A stretch of 64,000 nucleotides of DNA from an uncultured Mycoplasmatota bacterium (GTDB lineage Bacteria; Bacillota_I; Bacilli_A; Izemoplasmatales; Izemoplasmataceae), in assembly GCA_913056275.1 (NCBI GenBank), contig CAJXLP010000005.1:1027-65026 (forward strand). Direction: 5' to 3'. Shown piece by piece: positions 56,243 to 64,000 of the stretch. The notes beneath the pieces were generated by a model. It was not told the DNA's origin. It ran no database searches and saw nothing but the letters and a program-made list of their open reading frames with translations. The position numbers and the translations under genes were made by a program. Numbering within the stretch: the stretch's first letter is position 1; the number at the start of each line of letters is the position of its first letter.

Positions 56243-57862
56243 ATGAGCACACGCGAAATTGATGGGAACTTGCTGAAATTAATCATTAAAAATGGGACCA
56301 TTAAACTTAAAAATCAACATCAAGAAATCAACGATTTAAACGTATTTCCAGTGCCTGATGGGGACACCGGATCAAATATGCAATCGACCATGATGAGCGG
56401 TGTATCCGCCATTGAATCACTCGATAACGAATCCATTGATGTGGTCGGAAAAGCTCTCTCACGCGGCTTACTCATGGGCGCTAGAGGAAACTCTGGGGTC
56501 ATTTTGTCACAGCTATTTAGTGGGTTTGCAAAAGCGTTTAAAGAACAAAAAACAGCGAACGCTCCAGCCCTAATTGAAGGGTTAAAACAAGGCGTCCAAC
56601 AAGCCTATGGCGCAGTCATTAATCCGGTTGAGGGAACGATTTTAACGGTTGCCAGAGAAGCGGCAGAAAAAGCCAGCGCAGCCGCGCATGCTGATTCTGA
56701 TATTATCGATGTTTTAAATATTTATTTAGACGAAGCGAAGCAATCATTGGGTAGAACCCCGGACATGTTGCCTGTACTCAAAGAATCAGGCGTTGTCGAC
56801 AGCGGTGGAGCCGGTCTTATTTTGATTGTCGAAGGAATGATTTCCGCATTAAAAGGGGAAGTCTTCCAAGAAGAAAAAATTGATCCAACCATCGGTGTCC
56901 ATCACGAAATGGAAGGCGAAGTTGAATTCGGGTATTGCACAGAGTTTATCATCGAATTAGACCCAGAAAAACCATTTGATGTAGACATCTTCAAAGCACA
57001 GCTGACTGAACTTGGGGATTCCATCGTCGTGGTATCTGATGATGAAATTTGTAAAGTTCACATCCATACTGTGACACCAGGCGATGCGTTAAATCTTGGT
57101 CAGCGCTATGGCGAATTCATGAAACTCAAAATTGAGAACATGACCGTTCAACACGAAGAATTGAAAAAACAAAATTCGGTGCATCAGAAAAAAGATGTGA
57201 CGAAAAAATACGGCTTAATTACGGTCGTAAATGGCTCAGGACTTCGCACGATGTTTGAAGAGATGGGCGTTTCAGTCGTCATTGAAGGCGGCCAAACGAT
57301 GAACCCAAGTACGCAGGACTTTATCGATGCCATCGAAGCCATTAACGCAGAAAATATCATCATCATTCCAAATAATAAAAATGTCTTCTTGTCCGCAGAA
57401 ACGGCGGCCCGTGAAGTATCGGATAAAAACGTCATTGTCGTCCCCGCAAAAACAATTCCTCAAGGCTATGCTTCACTGACGATGTTTGACGCCAATCAAG
57501 ATGTGGACGCAGCCATTGAAGAAATGCACGAGCTGATTGATCATGTCCGCACCGGAGAAATTACGCACGCCGTCCGTGATACAAAAATTAGTGGCTTAAA
57601 GATTAACAAAGGGGATTACTTAGGCATCGCCGAAGGAAATATCGTATCTGCTCAAACGAGCCGATTAGACGCCGTTAAATTTTTATTCGGAGATTTAATA
57701 CTCCCCGACAGTGAAATTGTCACGCTGATGGTCGGAGAAGCCCCGGATGACAAAGAAGTGAAAGCTGTGAAGACATACCTTGCAGACATGTTTGCCCACG
57801 TAGAAATCGAAGTCATTGACGGCCACCAGAGTGTCTATGACTACTTAATTGCAGTCGAGTAA
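56243..57862 (+). CDS. DAK2-domain protein YloV / fatty-acid kinase FakA-like
   Basis: Dak2 phosphate-binding motif FPVPDGDTGSNM and a C-terminal DegV-partner-type domain. Position between rpmB and recG, as in Bacillus and Staphylococcus. The ATG at 56243 follows GGAGG. Confidence 0.75.
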   Translation: MSTREIDGNLLKLIIKNGTIKLKNQHQEINDLNVFPVPDGDTGSNMQSTMMSGVSAIESLDNESIDVVGKALSRGLLMGARGNSGVILSQLFSGFAKAFKEQKTANAPALIEGLKQGVQQAYGAVINPVEGTILTVAREAAEKASAAAHADSDIIDVLNIYLDEAKQSLGRTPDMLPVLKESGVVDSGGAGLILIVEGMISALKGEVFQEEKIDPTIGVHHEMEGEVEFGYCTEFIIELDPEKPFDVDIFKAQLTELGDSIVVVSDDEICKVHIHTVTPGDALNLGQRYGEFMKLKIENMTVQHEELKKQNSVHQKKDVTKKYGLITVVNGSGLRTMFEEMGVSVVIEGGQTMNPSTQDFIDAIEAINAENIIIIPNNKNVFLSAETAAREVSDKNVIVVPAKTIPQGYASLTMFDANQDVDAAIEEMHELIDHVRTGEITHAVRDTKISGLKINKGDYLGIAEGNIVSAQTSRLDAVKFLFGDLILPDSEIVTLMVGEAPDDKEVKAVKTYLADMFAHVEIEVIDGHQSVYDYLIAVE

Positions 57863-57875
57863 AATGGTATGATAA

Positions 57876-57904
57876 AGCTAGGACAAATCGTCCTAGCTTT
57901 TTTT
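57876..57904 (+). terminator. terminator-like hairpin 13 nt before recG
   Basis: AGCTAGGAC-AAATC-GTCCTAGCT perfect 9-bp stem plus a T-run. Confidence 0.65.
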
Positions 57905-57917
57905 ATATGAGCGTGCG

Positions 57918-59798
57918 ATGCAATTAGAAGATATTCAAGGGCTCGGCCCTAAAAGCAAAGATAAACTCGCCCAAGCCGAGATCTTTTCCGTCGAAGATCT
58001 CCTTTTAACCGTGCCTAAAGGTTACGACGATCAAAAACTTGCAGAAACACCTCAAGATGGCCCTGCGTATTACCAAGCAACCGTCTTGAAACCAGCAAAA
58101 ATATTTTCCATACGGCGAGGACTTAAACGCTTAACCACCACCGTTGACGTATTCGGTCAGTCGATCAATATTGCTCTGTTTAATCAAACGCATTGGTTTC
58201 ATCAACTCACCCCTGGAACGGTCATAGTGTTGTACGGGACTTTAGATCGATCGATGACGGTTCAAAAACTCTATTTAGCCCCCAATTTTAAAGAGGGATT
58301 GAAACCGAAGTACCGACTCAAAGACCTCTCTGATGCAAGGTTTTCACGCTGGGTGAGTGACGGGTTTAACACGTTAAAAATTCCAGAGGACCTCCCCCAA
58401 ACAATCGTTGAAAAATTTGCCTTAGAATCCCGTCACGAGACCATTTATTTTGCCCATTTCCCACGTGACATTGCCGATGTTGAACGATTTTTCAAGCGCC
58501 AAAAAATCGCCTATTTGACCCACCGAGAGCTCACCTTAGCGGATTCCAATCAAGCCGCCAGTGCAGCCAAACATATTGCCCGTGAGCGTCTTTCAAGCTT
58601 CCTCACACAGCTTCCCTTTTCATTAACAAATGGTCAACAAGAAGCCTTGGATGACATTGTGACTGATTTAGAAAACGCTCTGCCTAAACGCCGGTTATTA
58701 CAAGGGGATACGGGGTCGGGAAAAACCATCGTCACATTTTTAGCGGCCTTGTTCGCCATTGAAGCCGGATACCAAGTAGCCTTCATGGCCCCGACTGAAA
58801 TTTTAGCGGTGCAACACTTCCACACATTCAATCACATATTTAAGGGTCAAGTCACGAGTCAGCTGCTGACGGGGTCCCTTGATAAAGCGGCCATGAAAGA
58901 GATGCAAAACGCCGTGCATGATGGGTCGATTGATATCGTCTTTGGCACCCACGTTTTGTTTAGTGCATCCACCCATTTTCAGCGGTTAGGCCTCGTTGTC
59001 ATTGACGAGCAGCACCGGTTTGGCGTGACACAAAGAGAAGCGTTGATTCAAAAAGGCGTCGGAGCCGATTTGATTAGTTTATCGGCTACGCCAATTCCAA
59101 GAACGCTCGCGTTAACGCTCTATCAAGGCATGGATGTCTCCACGATAAAAACACTCCCTGAAGGACGCTTGAGCGTACAAACAGAAGTCGTCCCTGTAAA
59201 AAGTGCGAAGACGCTTGATTACATGATTCGCTTGGCCTTAGAAGCCAACCAACAAATCTTTATCATTGCCCCGCGAATCGATGATGATCCCCAACTATTA
59301 AGCGTCGAGCGCATCGACGCCTACTACACCGACATCTTTAAAGATGCGCGCATTAGAACGTTGCACGGGCAACAATCATCATTTGAAAAAACCGAGACAT
59401 TAAAAGCCTTTCAAGCCCACAGTATCGATGTATTGATTGCCACGTCTGTGGTCGAAGTTGGCATTGACATTAAAGATGCTGGGCTGATGCTGATTTATCA
59501 TGCTGAACGGTTTGGCTATGCACAGTTACATCAACTTAGGGGGCGTTTAGGCCGCCATGATATTCCTGGAGTGTGTTACTTACTTTACAAGGGAAATGCT
59601 GCCGTTAAACACCGGCTTGAAGTACTTAAAACCATCTCAGATGGCTTTGAGCTCTCACAAATCGATTTAAAAACTCGAGGATTTGGCAGTTTATTTGGGA
59701 CCGACCAAACGGGTTTTAATAGGTTGCAAGAGTGGCCATATGAAGACACACTAAAATTGATTGAAACGATTCAAGAAACCTTACAAGAGACTCCTTAA
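57918..59798 (+). CDS. recG: ATP-dependent DNA helicase RecG
   Basis: Walker A GDTGSGKT, DEQH box VVIDEQHRFG, QLRGRLGR motif VI. Confidence 0.9.
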   Translation: MQLEDIQGLGPKSKDKLAQAEIFSVEDLLLTVPKGYDDQKLAETPQDGPAYYQATVLKPAKIFSIRRGLKRLTTTVDVFGQSINIALFNQTHWFHQLTPGTVIVLYGTLDRSMTVQKLYLAPNFKEGLKPKYRLKDLSDARFSRWVSDGFNTLKIPEDLPQTIVEKFALESRHETIYFAHFPRDIADVERFFKRQKIAYLTHRELTLADSNQAASAAKHIARERLSSFLTQLPFSLTNGQQEALDDIVTDLENALPKRRLLQGDTGSGKTIVTFLAALFAIEAGYQVAFMAPTEILAVQHFHTFNHIFKGQVTSQLLTGSLDKAAMKEMQNAVHDGSIDIVFGTHVLFSASTHFQRLGLVVIDEQHRFGVTQREALIQKGVGADLISLSATPIPRTLALTLYQGMDVSTIKTLPEGRLSVQTEVVPVKSAKTLDYMIRLALEANQQIFIIAPRIDDDPQLLSVERIDAYYTDIFKDARIRTLHGQQSSFEKTETLKAFQAHSIDVLIATSVVEVGIDIKDAGLMLIYHAERFGYAQLHQLRGRLGRHDIPGVCYLLYKGNAAVKHRLEVLKTISDGFELSQIDLKTRGFGSLFGTDQTGFNRLQEWPYEDTLKLIETIQETLQETP

Positions 59799-59879
59799 AA
59801 ATGGGACTTTTCACGTATAATAAACCCAACAGGAACCAAATTTTTACAATGCCATAAGGGAAACATTTCGAGGTGAATT

Positions 59880-60887
59880 ATGATCCATATTGCAGTCGAT
59901 GGAATGGGCGGAGACTACGCCCCTAAAGAACAAATAGAAGGCGTCTATCAAGCGCTAAAAGCGTTCGAAGACATTCACATAACCGTGTACGGAGAATACG
60001 AAAAAATGGCTCCGTTTTTAAAAGGTGACCATCCGCGCTTAGAATTTGTCGAATCGCACGGCGTCATTCCAATGGGTGAAAAAGATCCTGTGGGTGCGAT
60101 TCGTTCAAACCGCAAATCGTCGATGGCGATGGCTTTAAAAGCGGTGAAAGATGGCACCCACGCCGCCTGTGTCTCCAGTGGGGCGACGCAAGCATTAATT
60201 GCGGGCGGCCATATTTTAATTGGCCGGATGAAAGGCATTAAGCGTACGGCGATTGCGCCAGTATTACCCACCGCAGACCCAACCAAGCAATTTATTTTGA
60301 TTGACTCTGGGGCGAATGTCGAAATCAAAGCCGAACATATGGTTCAACAAGCGTATTTTGCGACGGTCTATGCCCGAGAAGTATTGGGGGTTGAAGACCC
60401 CACTGTTGGGCTGATTAATATCGGTACGGAAGAAGGTAAAGGCCGGTTACTCGATACGCAAGTCGCCTCGCTTTTAAAAACGCATGACGCGATTAATTTT
60501 TACGGCAACGTGGAACCCAAAGACGTATTAATGCCACCAAGCGATATTTTACTGAGTGATGGCTTTACAGCAAACATTTTGATGAAAACCATCGAAGGGA
60601 CTGCCAAGGGGATGAGCACCATCTTAAAAGCGGAACTGAGTCGAGGCATTCTTGGTAAAATTGGGCTCGTCTTAAGCCTAGGCAATTTAAAACGGTTTAA
60701 AAAACGGTTAGACCCCGCTGAAATTGGTGGGGCAATGATTTACGGACTTGACGGTGTGCTCATTAAGGCTCAAGGGTCTTCCAAAGCAACAGGATTTTTC
60801 AATGGCATTCGCCAAGCACGCTACGTCGTGAAACAAGATGTGCTTGGCAAAGTCAAAGAAATCATTGAGGCTGAGAAAGTGTCATGA
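59880..60887 (+). CDS. plsX: phosphate acyltransferase PlsX
   Basis: IAVDGMGGDYAP, and about 335 aa in length. Confidence 0.9.
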   Translation: MIHIAVDGMGGDYAPKEQIEGVYQALKAFEDIHITVYGEYEKMAPFLKGDHPRLEFVESHGVIPMGEKDPVGAIRSNRKSSMAMALKAVKDGTHAACVSSGATQALIAGGHILIGRMKGIKRTAIAPVLPTADPTKQFILIDSGANVEIKAEHMVQQAYFATVYAREVLGVEDPTVGLINIGTEEGKGRLLDTQVASLLKTHDAINFYGNVEPKDVLMPPSDILLSDGFTANILMKTIEGTAKGMSTILKAELSRGILGKIGLVLSLGNLKRFKKRLDPAEIGGAMIYGLDGVLIKAQGSSKATGFFNGIRQARYVVKQDVLGKVKEIIEAEKVS

Positions 60888-61576
60888 AAGCCCTCCAAGA
60901 CCAGTTCAATTTAGCGTTTAATGATCCCGATTTACTGACGCGTTCGATGACACATTCATCGTATGCCCACGAACATCACACCATCAGTAATGAACGGTTA
61001 GAATACATTGGAGATGCAGTGTTAGACCTGATCATTGCCGATTATTTATATCGCAAAGATGCCCGTGCAACCGAAGGTGTGATGACAAAAACCCGCGCCC
61101 AATACGTGAATGAAAAAGCGTTAGTCGTGTACGCAAAGAAAGCGCACCTCGATCGGTATTTGATGCTGGGAATTGGGGAAGAAAAGTCCGGAGGTAGAAT
61201 GCGCGATGCCCTATTGGCCGACGCATTTGAGGCATTTCTCGGTGCCATCTTTTTGGACAAAGGATTGAGCGAAGTCTACAAGGTGACTGAATCCATCGTC
61301 ATCCCTGAACTAGAAAATCCCCAGTCAGAAATTTATCAAGACTATAAATCAGAGCTCCAAGAAATGGTGCAATCCGACCACCGACAGTTATCCTATCAAG
61401 TGTTTAAAGAAGAAGGCCCATCGCACAATAAACGGTTTTTTGTGCGTGTATACATGGAAACCATCTTGATGGGTGAAGGCGAAGGTACGACGAAAAAACA
61501 AGCCGAACAAAACGCTGCGAAAAAAGCGCTCGACAAACTTGCGAAAGGACATTTGACCGATGAAACCGCTCTATAA
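60884..61576 (+). CDS. rnc: ribonuclease III
   Basis: RNase III signature NERLEYIGDAVLD and a C-terminal dsRBD (GEGEGTTKKQAEQNAAKKAL). The start overlaps the plsX stop (ATGA). Confidence 0.9.
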   Translation: MKALQDQFNLAFNDPDLLTRSMTHSSYAHEHHTISNERLEYIGDAVLDLIIADYLYRKDARATEGVMTKTRAQYVNEKALVVYAKKAHLDRYLMLGIGEEKSGGRMRDALLADAFEAFLGAIFLDKGLSEVYKVTESIVIPELENPQSEIYQDYKSELQEMVQSDHRQLSYQVFKEEGPSHNKRFFVRVYMETILMGEGEGTTKKQAEQNAAKKALDKLAKGHLTDETAL

Positions 61577-62171
61577 AGTGATGCTTGAAAAACACATCTT
61601 ATCGTTTGATCAATTGGTTTTAGCGACGTTCAAAGCGCTCGACTTAACAGCCCTTGAAGCCATGGCGTTAATGAAGTTACATACATTAATGACGCGTCAA
61701 ATTTCTTTAATTAAACCGTCGCTGTTTGCTGCCATGGTCAATGTGTCCGCTGAAGCGGCTGAACAATTACTTAATTCGCTCATTGAAAAAGGCTACTTGA
61801 CTATCGAACTCTCGGATGAAGCGGGTAAATCAAAAGAGATTTTTCATTTAGACACCTACGTGTCAGCGGCTTTTGGTGTGCTGGATAAAGAAGTAAATTC
61901 ACGCATTTCTTCAGCCGAAGATGCACTCATTGCATTCATCGAAGAAACCTTTCAAAAACCACTCATTCCCACCGATTTACAAGCCTTAGGGGCCATGCTT
62001 AAAAACGGCCACACCATCGCGGAAATTAAAGCAGCTGCTTTAGCGAGTGTGGGAAGTCCATATCCAAGTATGAAAACCATCCAAAAGAATCTCTACAAGG
62101 CCCCGGTAAAAAAATATGCACCCCCGCAAAAAGATGTCTTAGAAAAAGTGAAACAGCTATGGGAAAAGTAG
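61560..62171 (+). CDS. dnaD: DnaD-like replication initiation protein
   Basis: N-terminal winged-helix-like region and a C-terminal DnaB_2-type segment (LIAFIEETFQKPLIPTDLQALGAML). Position directly upstream of nth, as in Bacillus. Confidence 0.6.
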   Translation: MKPLYKVMLEKHILSFDQLVLATFKALDLTALEAMALMKLHTLMTRQISLIKPSLFAAMVNVSAEAAEQLLNSLIEKGYLTIELSDEAGKSKEIFHLDTYVSAAFGVLDKEVNSRISSAEDALIAFIEETFQKPLIPTDLQALGAMLKNGHTIAEIKAAALASVGSPYPSMKTIQKNLYKAPVKKYAPPQKDVLEKVKQLWEK

Positions 62172-62791
62172 ACACACTATTATCCGTCTTTGATGCGATG
62201 TATCCAGACGCTGAAACGGAGTTAACCTATCATAAAGACTACGAACTGTTAATTGCGGTATTGTTGAGTGCGCAAGCGACTGACGTGTCGGTGAATAAAG
62301 TGACGCCTGACTTGTTTAAACAGTTTCCTAGTTTAGAGTCCATCAAGGAAGCCCCCTTAAAAGACATTGAGTCTGCCATCAAAACGATTGGCTTGTATAA
62401 GTCAAAAGCGAAAAACTTACAACTCACAGCCATCCAATTATTAGAGAAAGCTGGCGGGAAAGTCCCAAATGATCTAGACTTCCTGCAGACTTTACCGGGT
62501 GTTGGAAGAAAGACAGCCAACGTCGTGGTATCGGTCTTATTTAATGAACCAAGAATTGCCGTAGACACGCACGTATCACGGGTCTCAAAACGGCTCAAAC
62601 TTGCCTTTAAAAAAGATTCACCGTTAAAGGTCGAAGAAAAATTAATGCGTAAATTCCCAAAAGAACACTGGACTAAATTACATCATCAAATGATATTCTT
62701 TGGTCGATATCATTGCAAAGCACAAGCCCCAAAATGTGACGGATGTCCATTAAAATCAGAATGTCGTTATCCGCATATTAAAGTCACTTAA
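62159..62791 (+). CDS. nth: endonuclease III
   Basis: HhH-GPD motif LPGVGRKTANVV...VDTHV and the 4Fe-4S cluster CKAQAPKCDGCPLKSEC. Confidence 0.9.
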   Translation: MGKVDTLLSVFDAMYPDAETELTYHKDYELLIAVLLSAQATDVSVNKVTPDLFKQFPSLESIKEAPLKDIESAIKTIGLYKSKAKNLQLTAIQLLEKAGGKVPNDLDFLQTLPGVGRKTANVVVSVLFNEPRIAVDTHVSRVSKRLKLAFKKDSPLKVEEKLMRKFPKEHWTKLHHQMIFFGRYHCKAQAPKCDGCPLKSECRYPHIKVT

Positions 62792-62810
62792 CGCCGATTG
62801 GCGTTTTTTT
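62791..62810 (+). terminator. short hairpin plus T-run after nth
   Basis: ACGCC-GATT-GGCGT followed by TTTTTT. Confidence 0.5.
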
Positions 62811-62928
62811 ATTTGGAATTTTTACAAATAAGTCACTTGAAGTTTCAAATTTTTTTTATTATGACTAATCATACAAGCCGTAAAGGCTGGGATGTAAGAA
62901 AATATTTTACAACGAAAGGTGATAAGTC

Positions 62929-64000
62929 ATGAAAAATTTTACACAAAGCCTCATTGAAAAAGCACAAGACCCTGATTCTCAGGCACGCGCACGGTTTGGA
63001 GAATTTCTCCGAAAAAAAAGAATGGCCGAAAATCTTACCCTGGAGGCCGCATCGATCGGCATATGCTCTCCAAGTCAACTGTCAAAACTTGAAACGAACT
63101 CATTAAACGCAGATTCTTACAGCATGCGGTTCCTCGCTAAAAAAGCGAATTTAGACGTTGTTGTCGAGGGAGAAAGTGTCCAAATTAATGACCGTATATT
63201 TCCAGCCATTCGGGCCTTTTATGCAATGGACAAAGACGTGTTAATCACCCTGCGAGATGAACTCGATGACCCGATGTTAGAAACATCTAAACGATTAATT
63301 GAAGCATTCATTGATGTCTTATCAGGTAAAATCGAACGCGTGAGAGATTTCTGTGATGATGTCCTCATGCGGTATCTCACGCTTCCCCTCAATGATCACT
63401 TGGCGCTCAGTTTACTCATTGTGATTAATTCGTATCAACGCAAAGACTACCGGGCTGCCCTCATGCTGACACGGATGATGGATTCGTTGAATATCGTCTT
63501 CCCCGAATATAATTTTCTCATGAATTACTACGGCTACTTAACTGCAGAACAAGTGGAAAGTCCGCACGTGTCAGAACGCTTTTATAAACGTGCAGAAGGA
63601 ATTTCGACCACGTTATTTAGTGCCCATTACTTACCGGCACTCAGTCTGCAAAGACTGTACTTTCTAAACCGTGAAGATCCTTTGTTTGTTTACGAGCAAT
63701 GCATGAAGCCTTCGGGCTTTCAAGTGCCCGACCATTTAATTAACACAAAGACGCTAATTTGTTTAAAAAACGCTTTAAAATTAGGCCATCCGTGCCCGAC
63801 GCTAAGCGTCAATGAGGCAGTCAAAGATGACGCCTACTATCAAATTAAAGTCATCCAAGCGAAAACCTTTAAGCAATTTGACGATGCGGCATTTGAAAGT
63901 GTCAATCAGTACCACGAAATTTATAAAAAACTCTATGAGCTTAACAAGATAGATGATGCGAAGGCCCGTAGCAATTTCATTCGTACCGATATTTTGCCGC
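62929..64000 (+). CDS. XRE-HTH plus long helical domain transcriptional regulator, paralogue E; 3' end lies outside the window
   Basis: This gene is not in the supplied ORF track because it runs off the window. I translated 62929..64000 by hand and found no stop. The N-terminus FGEFLRKKRMAENLTLEAASIGICSPSQLSKLETNSL is an HTH_3 pattern. AAAGGTGA RBS lies 7 nt upstream of the ATG. Confidence 0.7.
   Translation, partial: MKNFTQSLIEKAQDPDSQARARFGEFLRKKRMAENLTLEAASIGICSPSQLSKLETNSLNADSYSMRFLAKKANLDVVVEGESVQINDRIFPAIRAFYAMDKDVLITLRDELDDPMLETSKRLIEAFIDVLSGKIERVRDFCDDVLMRYLTLPLNDHLALSLLIVINSYQRKDYRAALMLTRMMDSLNIVFPEYNFLMNYYGYLTAEQVESPHVSERFYKRAEGISTTLFSAHYLPALSLQRLYFLNREDPLFVYEQCMKPSGFQVPDHLINTKTLICLKNALKLGHPCPTLSVNEAVKDDAYYQIKVIQAKTFKQFDDAAFESVNQYHEIYKKLYELNKIDDAKARSNFIRTDILP

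Noticed and set aside
62861-62932. 23-codon upstream ORF (MTNHTSRKGWDVRKYFTTKGDKS) overlapping the start of regulator E, considered as a leader or signalling peptide.
   Set aside because: It has no Shine-Dalgarno sequence and a hydrophilic sequence unlike secreted signalling peptides. The only plausible promoter (TTGAAG at 62837, weak TATGAC at 62860) would start transcription downstream of its ATG.
118-63078. Many ORFs of 60-130 aa in the supplied track lie antisense to, or out of frame within, well-supported genes. Examples are 118..321(-), 1284..1643(+), 3274..3510(-), 12054..12407(+), 18574..18909(-), 19877..20167(-), 38737..39129(+), 45109..45423(+), 59975..60328(-) and 62239..62598(-).
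   Set aside because: Each is fully contained in a longer gene with clear family motifs. None has a recognisable motif or RBS of its own, and they are the expected shadow ORFs at this GC content.
1-64000. CRISPR arrays, transposases or IS elements, restriction-modification, toxin-antitoxin pairs, retron or DGR-like elements.
   Set aside because: Intergenic regions are short (at most about 370 nt) and are accounted for by promoters, terminators, T-boxes and the fabZ remnant. I saw no tandem direct repeats and no nuclease, reverse transcriptase or integrase motifs in any ORF.
1-64000. Alternative genetic code (UGA = Trp), as in many Mollicutes, given the mollicute-like gene content.
   Set aside because: TGA terminates well-defined genes at the expected family length (pfkA at 14461..63, the ABC ATPase at 19388..90, rimM at 21047..49). 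Trp positions are encoded by TGG.

Overview
This 64-kb window is mostly core genome from a PolC-type, low-GC Gram-positive-like chromosome. The lineage call (Bacillota or Mycoplasmatota-like) is an inference from the PolC, DnaD/DnaB/DnaI, RqcH, FakA-like, T-box and ECF gene content. The standard genetic code is in use: TGA ends several well-supported genes and TGG encodes Trp. I support about 60 protein genes. They include rpsP-KH-rimM-trmD-rplS, tyrS, thrS, pheST, polA, polC, mutM, nth, recG, dnaD, dnaB-like, dnaI, gmk, rpoZ, plsX, rnc, acpP, fabV, coaE, coaX, def, pfkA, ald, rpe, rsgA, rpmB and several peptidases. There is also one tRNA-Cys(GCA), two T-box leaders (thrS, pheST), a set of sigma-70-like promoters and many intrinsic-terminator hairpins. 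I found no CRISPR array, transposase, integrase or recognisable defence or toxin-antitoxin module, and I do not think the window holds a clearly novel multi-gene system. The more unusual observations are these. (1) A family of about 410-420 aa XRE-HTH plus long helical-domain regulators is present in four copies, with a fifth HTH protein at the left edge. Three copies lie within 4.5 kb, and a 24-codon ORF plus terminator sits in the position where RNPP/AimR-type receptors keep their peptide gene. (2) Type II fatty-acid synthesis looks eroded: a fabZ remnant lies upstream of an intact-looking fabV, plsX is fused directly to rnc, and acpP is an orphan. (3) A 742-aa lipoprotein carries a zinc-protease-like motif that has lost its catalytic Glu (HGVGH). 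(4) A NatAB-like ABC exporter is translationally chained into the rpsP...rimM-trmD ribosome-biogenesis cluster. (5) An 8-nt motif (GCCCAAAT or GCCTAAAT) recurs immediately after three terminator T-tracts. (6) A cre-like palindrome overlaps the promoter of the CcpA-like gene. (7) The left edge is AT-rich next to the tRNA. All functional calls come from motifs read by eye in the supplied translations; no database search was run.
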